DNA of 64,000 nt from Planctomycetota bacterium (lineage in GTDB: Bacteria > Planctomycetota > UBA1135 > UBA2386). The translations under genes were made by a program, and so were the position numbers. Where the stretch lies: positions 1,696,001-1,760,000 of the forward strand of contig OZ245006.1 of the NCBI GenBank assembly GCA_965223545.1, read 5' to 3'. Under the pieces are notes generated by a model. The model was given only the letters and a program-made list of their open reading frames with translations, was not told the DNA's origin and did no database searches. Of the stretch, positions 61,536 to 64,000 are shown one piece after another (within the stretch, counting starts at the first letter, position 1; each line of letters opens with the position of its first letter).

Positions 61536-64000
61536 TCAGCGGCCGGCATCCGAAAAGGGCTCGGCAGTCCAGACGTAGATCTGACTCGGCATGTCCCACT
61601 GGTGCGCGCGGGCGAACAGTCGGCATCCGTCGTTGGACCAGAACAGGTCTTGGGTTGGACGGTCCGGTTCCTCGAGCTCGATCAGCTTGACCCCAGAAGA
61701 GAAGTCCAAGACGCGCACGGGCTCGTCAGCCCCGGCCGTCGCCAGTCTCTGGCCATCGGGCGAGACACAAACCGAGAACGTCGCCAGCGTGTGGCGGGGG
61801 AACGCGCGCAGGGGCGCCAACGTACGGTGATCCAGAAGGAGGACTTCGCCGGTGTGGAGCCCTGCCACGAGGGCTTCGCCGCGCGGCGTCCACGAGACGT
61901 CGTGAATCCGGCTGCGAAGCCGATGGCGACGCCGCTCCACCCCGGACATCCGGTCGAACACCACCAGCTCACCGGCGTAGGTCGAGCAGAACACCTCGGA
62001 CTGATCGGGGGCGATCCAGGCGTGCAGCGGCTGCTTGTCTTCGTCGGAGAAACAGTGTTCCCAGACAGTCTCGAGTGTGGCGCTGTCGATTCCGTACAGG
62101 GTACGCGCCTCATACGAGGTCACGGCCAAGAAGGCACCGTCGACGCTCGCACTCACGGAATTCGCGCGCTCGCCCCGGGCGAGCAAAGGGCGAGAACGCA
62201 CCACGGTACCCCGCGCTGCGTCGATGGCGCGGAGCACGCCGTCCCACCCCACCACGACGACCTGATCACCGATCAAAGCGCTGTGCTCTCCCGTCATCCC
62301 GGCAACCTCGAGCTGCATCGACGCACGGATCTCAAGGCTGTCCAAGTCGATGATCTGGACGAGCCGGTCCTGATTACAGAACGCCGCCCGCCGGCCGCCC
62401 GCACCGTAGGCGAGATCGCGACAATCGAGACCGATCGGAACGACGGAGCAGTCCTGCTTGGGCGGCAGGTCCCAAACTCGAACCGCGGGATCCATTCCAC
62501 CGGCAGCGAGCCGCTTTCCGTCTGCAGAGATTTGCAGGTCGTTGACCCCGAGCTGGGAGCCATCCAGAGTGCCCAGCTGCTCCCCGGAGTCGATCGAGTA
62601 GCAGTGGATCAAGCCGAGCCCCCATCCTCCGCCGACGTATGCGACGCCGGCCGTATCGTCGACGCGGATGGTGTAGACGTTCTGCGAGAGCGCCAGCACC
62701 GACCGCAGGCGTCCCGAGTCGAGCTCGCGGATCGCCACACGATGTCGGCTCCCGGCGAAGAGCAGGCCGCGATCGCGAGACACCGCGAGCCCACTGATCG
62801 GCGTCGCCGAGTACTCGAGATCGTCGGGGCCCGCGAGGGTTTCCACGTGTGCCCCGTCCGCGCGAAGCCGAAACAGCTCGCCCCGATGCGTGCCGACGAT
62901 GATCTGGTCGGGGGATACGTAGACGGCCTCGCTCACTCGGTCTCGCGCCCCAACGAGCGGGACGCGGCGCGCGGGCTCGCTCCCGTCGGTGGGCCCCAAG
63001 AGCAGAGCCGGTCCTTCGCACAGCGCGTACCGCGACCCGTCGGGCGACACGCACAGGGCGCCCCCCACGGCGCCGTCGACGAGCGTCGTCACGGTTTGCT
63101 GGCTCAGGTCGACCAGCTTCACGAAGCGGGTCCAACCCTGTGAGCAGCCGACGAGCAGACGATCGGGAACCGCAGTGGCCTCGATCTTCCCGATCTCGGC
63201 GCCCAGATCGATTGCCAGCACAGGCGTTCCCTCAGGATAGGTGCACAGCGTCAGCGTCCCCTGCGCACCCCCGAATGCGATGCGGTGATCGTCCACCCAG
63301 TGCAGCGCGTAGGTCCTCGGCTCGGTCGGGATCATTCCCGCCGCATCGTTGATGCGCCCCTTCAAGTAGCCGTACTCCCATCCCCTCAGGTGCGCCGGCG
63401 TCGCATCGAGATGACCCATCGCCGCGGCGGTTTGCCCCTGATCCAACGCCAAACTCGCCGCCCGGACATCGAGCGCGTAGGCCCGCCAATCGGCGACCCG
63501 CCGCTGCTCTGCGGTCTCCAACTGCGCGCGGCCGACTCGGACCACCCCCCAGACGAATGAACCGACGGCGAGCAGTCCCGCGACGACCAGGAGAATCGCG
63601 GCAACCCCCACGGGACGATGGCGCCGCCAAACTTTGCTCAGGATGTAGCCCAGAGTCGGGCTCCGTGCCGCAACCGGCAGGTGCTGCAGGTGACGGGCGA
63701 CGTCGTCGGCCAGCGCCGAAGCCGACGAGTAGCGCTGATCTGGGTCGCGGTGCACTGCGTTGAGCACGATCTTGTCCAAGTCACCGCGCACGCGCCGCAG
63801 CAAGCCATGCGCCGACGTACCCCGACGCTCCGCGACTGACGACGCACTCGCGTGCCCGACCAACAGCCGACTGGGCGCACGGGGATCCTCTTCGCGCACG
63901 ATGCGCAGCGCTTCGGAGAGTGAGACCTCCTGCAGCTGCTGCCGCCCGTGGGGAAGGTCGTCGACGAGCAGCTCGCACAGAAGCAGCCCCAGCGCGTACA
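61536..64000 (-). CDS. Ser/Thr kinase with TM and WD40 repeats (5' end outside window)
   Basis: YALGLLLCELL and GDLDKIV..A...DPDQRYSSA kinase C-lobe; GWEY motif; WD40 repeats. Confidence 0.9.
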   Translation of the reverse strand, partial: YALGLLLCELLVDDLPHGRQQLQEVSLSEALRIVREEDPRAPSRLLVGHASASSVAERRGTSAHGLLRRVRGDLDKIVLNAVHRDPDQRYSSASALADDVARHLQHLPVAARSPTLGYILSKVWRRHRPVGVAAILLVVAGLLAVGSFVWGVVRVGRAQLETAEQRRVADWRAYALDVRAASLALDQGQTAAAMGHLDATPAHLRGWEYGYLKGRINDAAGMIPTEPRTYALHWVDDHRIAFGGAQGTLTLCTYPEGTPVLAIDLGAEIGKIEATAVPDRLLVGCSQGWTRFVKLVDLSQQTVTTLVDGAVGGALCVSPDGSRYALCEGPALLLGPTDGSEPARRVPLVGARDRVSEAVYVSPDQIIVGTHRGELFRLRADGAHVETLAGPDDLEYSATPISGLAVSRDRGLLFAGSRHRVAIRELDSGRLRSVLALSQNVYTIRVDDTAGVAYVGGGWGLGLIHCYSIDSGEQLGTLDGSQLGVNDLQISADGKRLAAGGMDPAVRVWDLPPKQDCSVVPIGLDCRDLAYGAGGRRAAFCNQDRLVQIIDLDSLEIRASMQLEVAGMTGEHSALIGDQVVVVGWDGVLRAIDAARGTVVRSRPLLARGERANSVSASVDGAFLAVTSYEARTLYGIDSATLETVWEHCFSDEDKQPLHAWIAPDQSEVFCSTYAGELVVFDRMSGVERRRHRLRSRIHDVSWTPRGEALVAGLHTGEVLLLDHRTLAPLRAFPRHTLATFSVCVSPDGQRLATAGADEPVRVLDFSSGVKLIELEEPDRPTQDLFWSNDGCRLFARAHQWDMPSQIYVWTAEPFSDAGR

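Overview
GC-rich bacterial chromosomal segment, most likely from Planctomycetota. That assignment is inferred from the ECF sigma factors, Ser/Thr kinases, zinc-ribbon membrane proteins and many secreted beta-propeller proteins. A housekeeping core (metK, kdtA/waaA, secA, pyrD, lspA, dksA-like, xerD-like, uvrC, uvrB, ggt, tRNA-Cys, tRNA-Leu, lemA) is interleaved with accessory secreted proteins (FG-GAP, ELWxxDGT, Kelch-like) that share a C-terminal domain. The main structure is a three-part mobile-DNA system. (1) A RAYT/TnpA-REP HUH nuclease gene sits between 35-bp inverted repeats. (2) The same REP-like motif (GTACGGAGYCTGRCTC..GATT) is dispersed just after gene 3' ends. (3) Two IS110 copies have each inserted at the CTG centre of one arm of an 83-bp palindromic REP doublet, and their non-coding leader carries donor- and target-matching segments (candidate bridge/seekRNA). 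Other highlights: a 194-bp double-hairpin insertion that splits an FG-GAP gene and whose removal restores the frame, a RAPP-motif leader ORF upstream of secA (candidate SecM analogue), a lipoprotein with anthrax-PA/binary-toxin-B-like domains, and a 33-aa membrane ORF missing from the ORF track. All product calls come from motif recognition by eye; no database searches were run.
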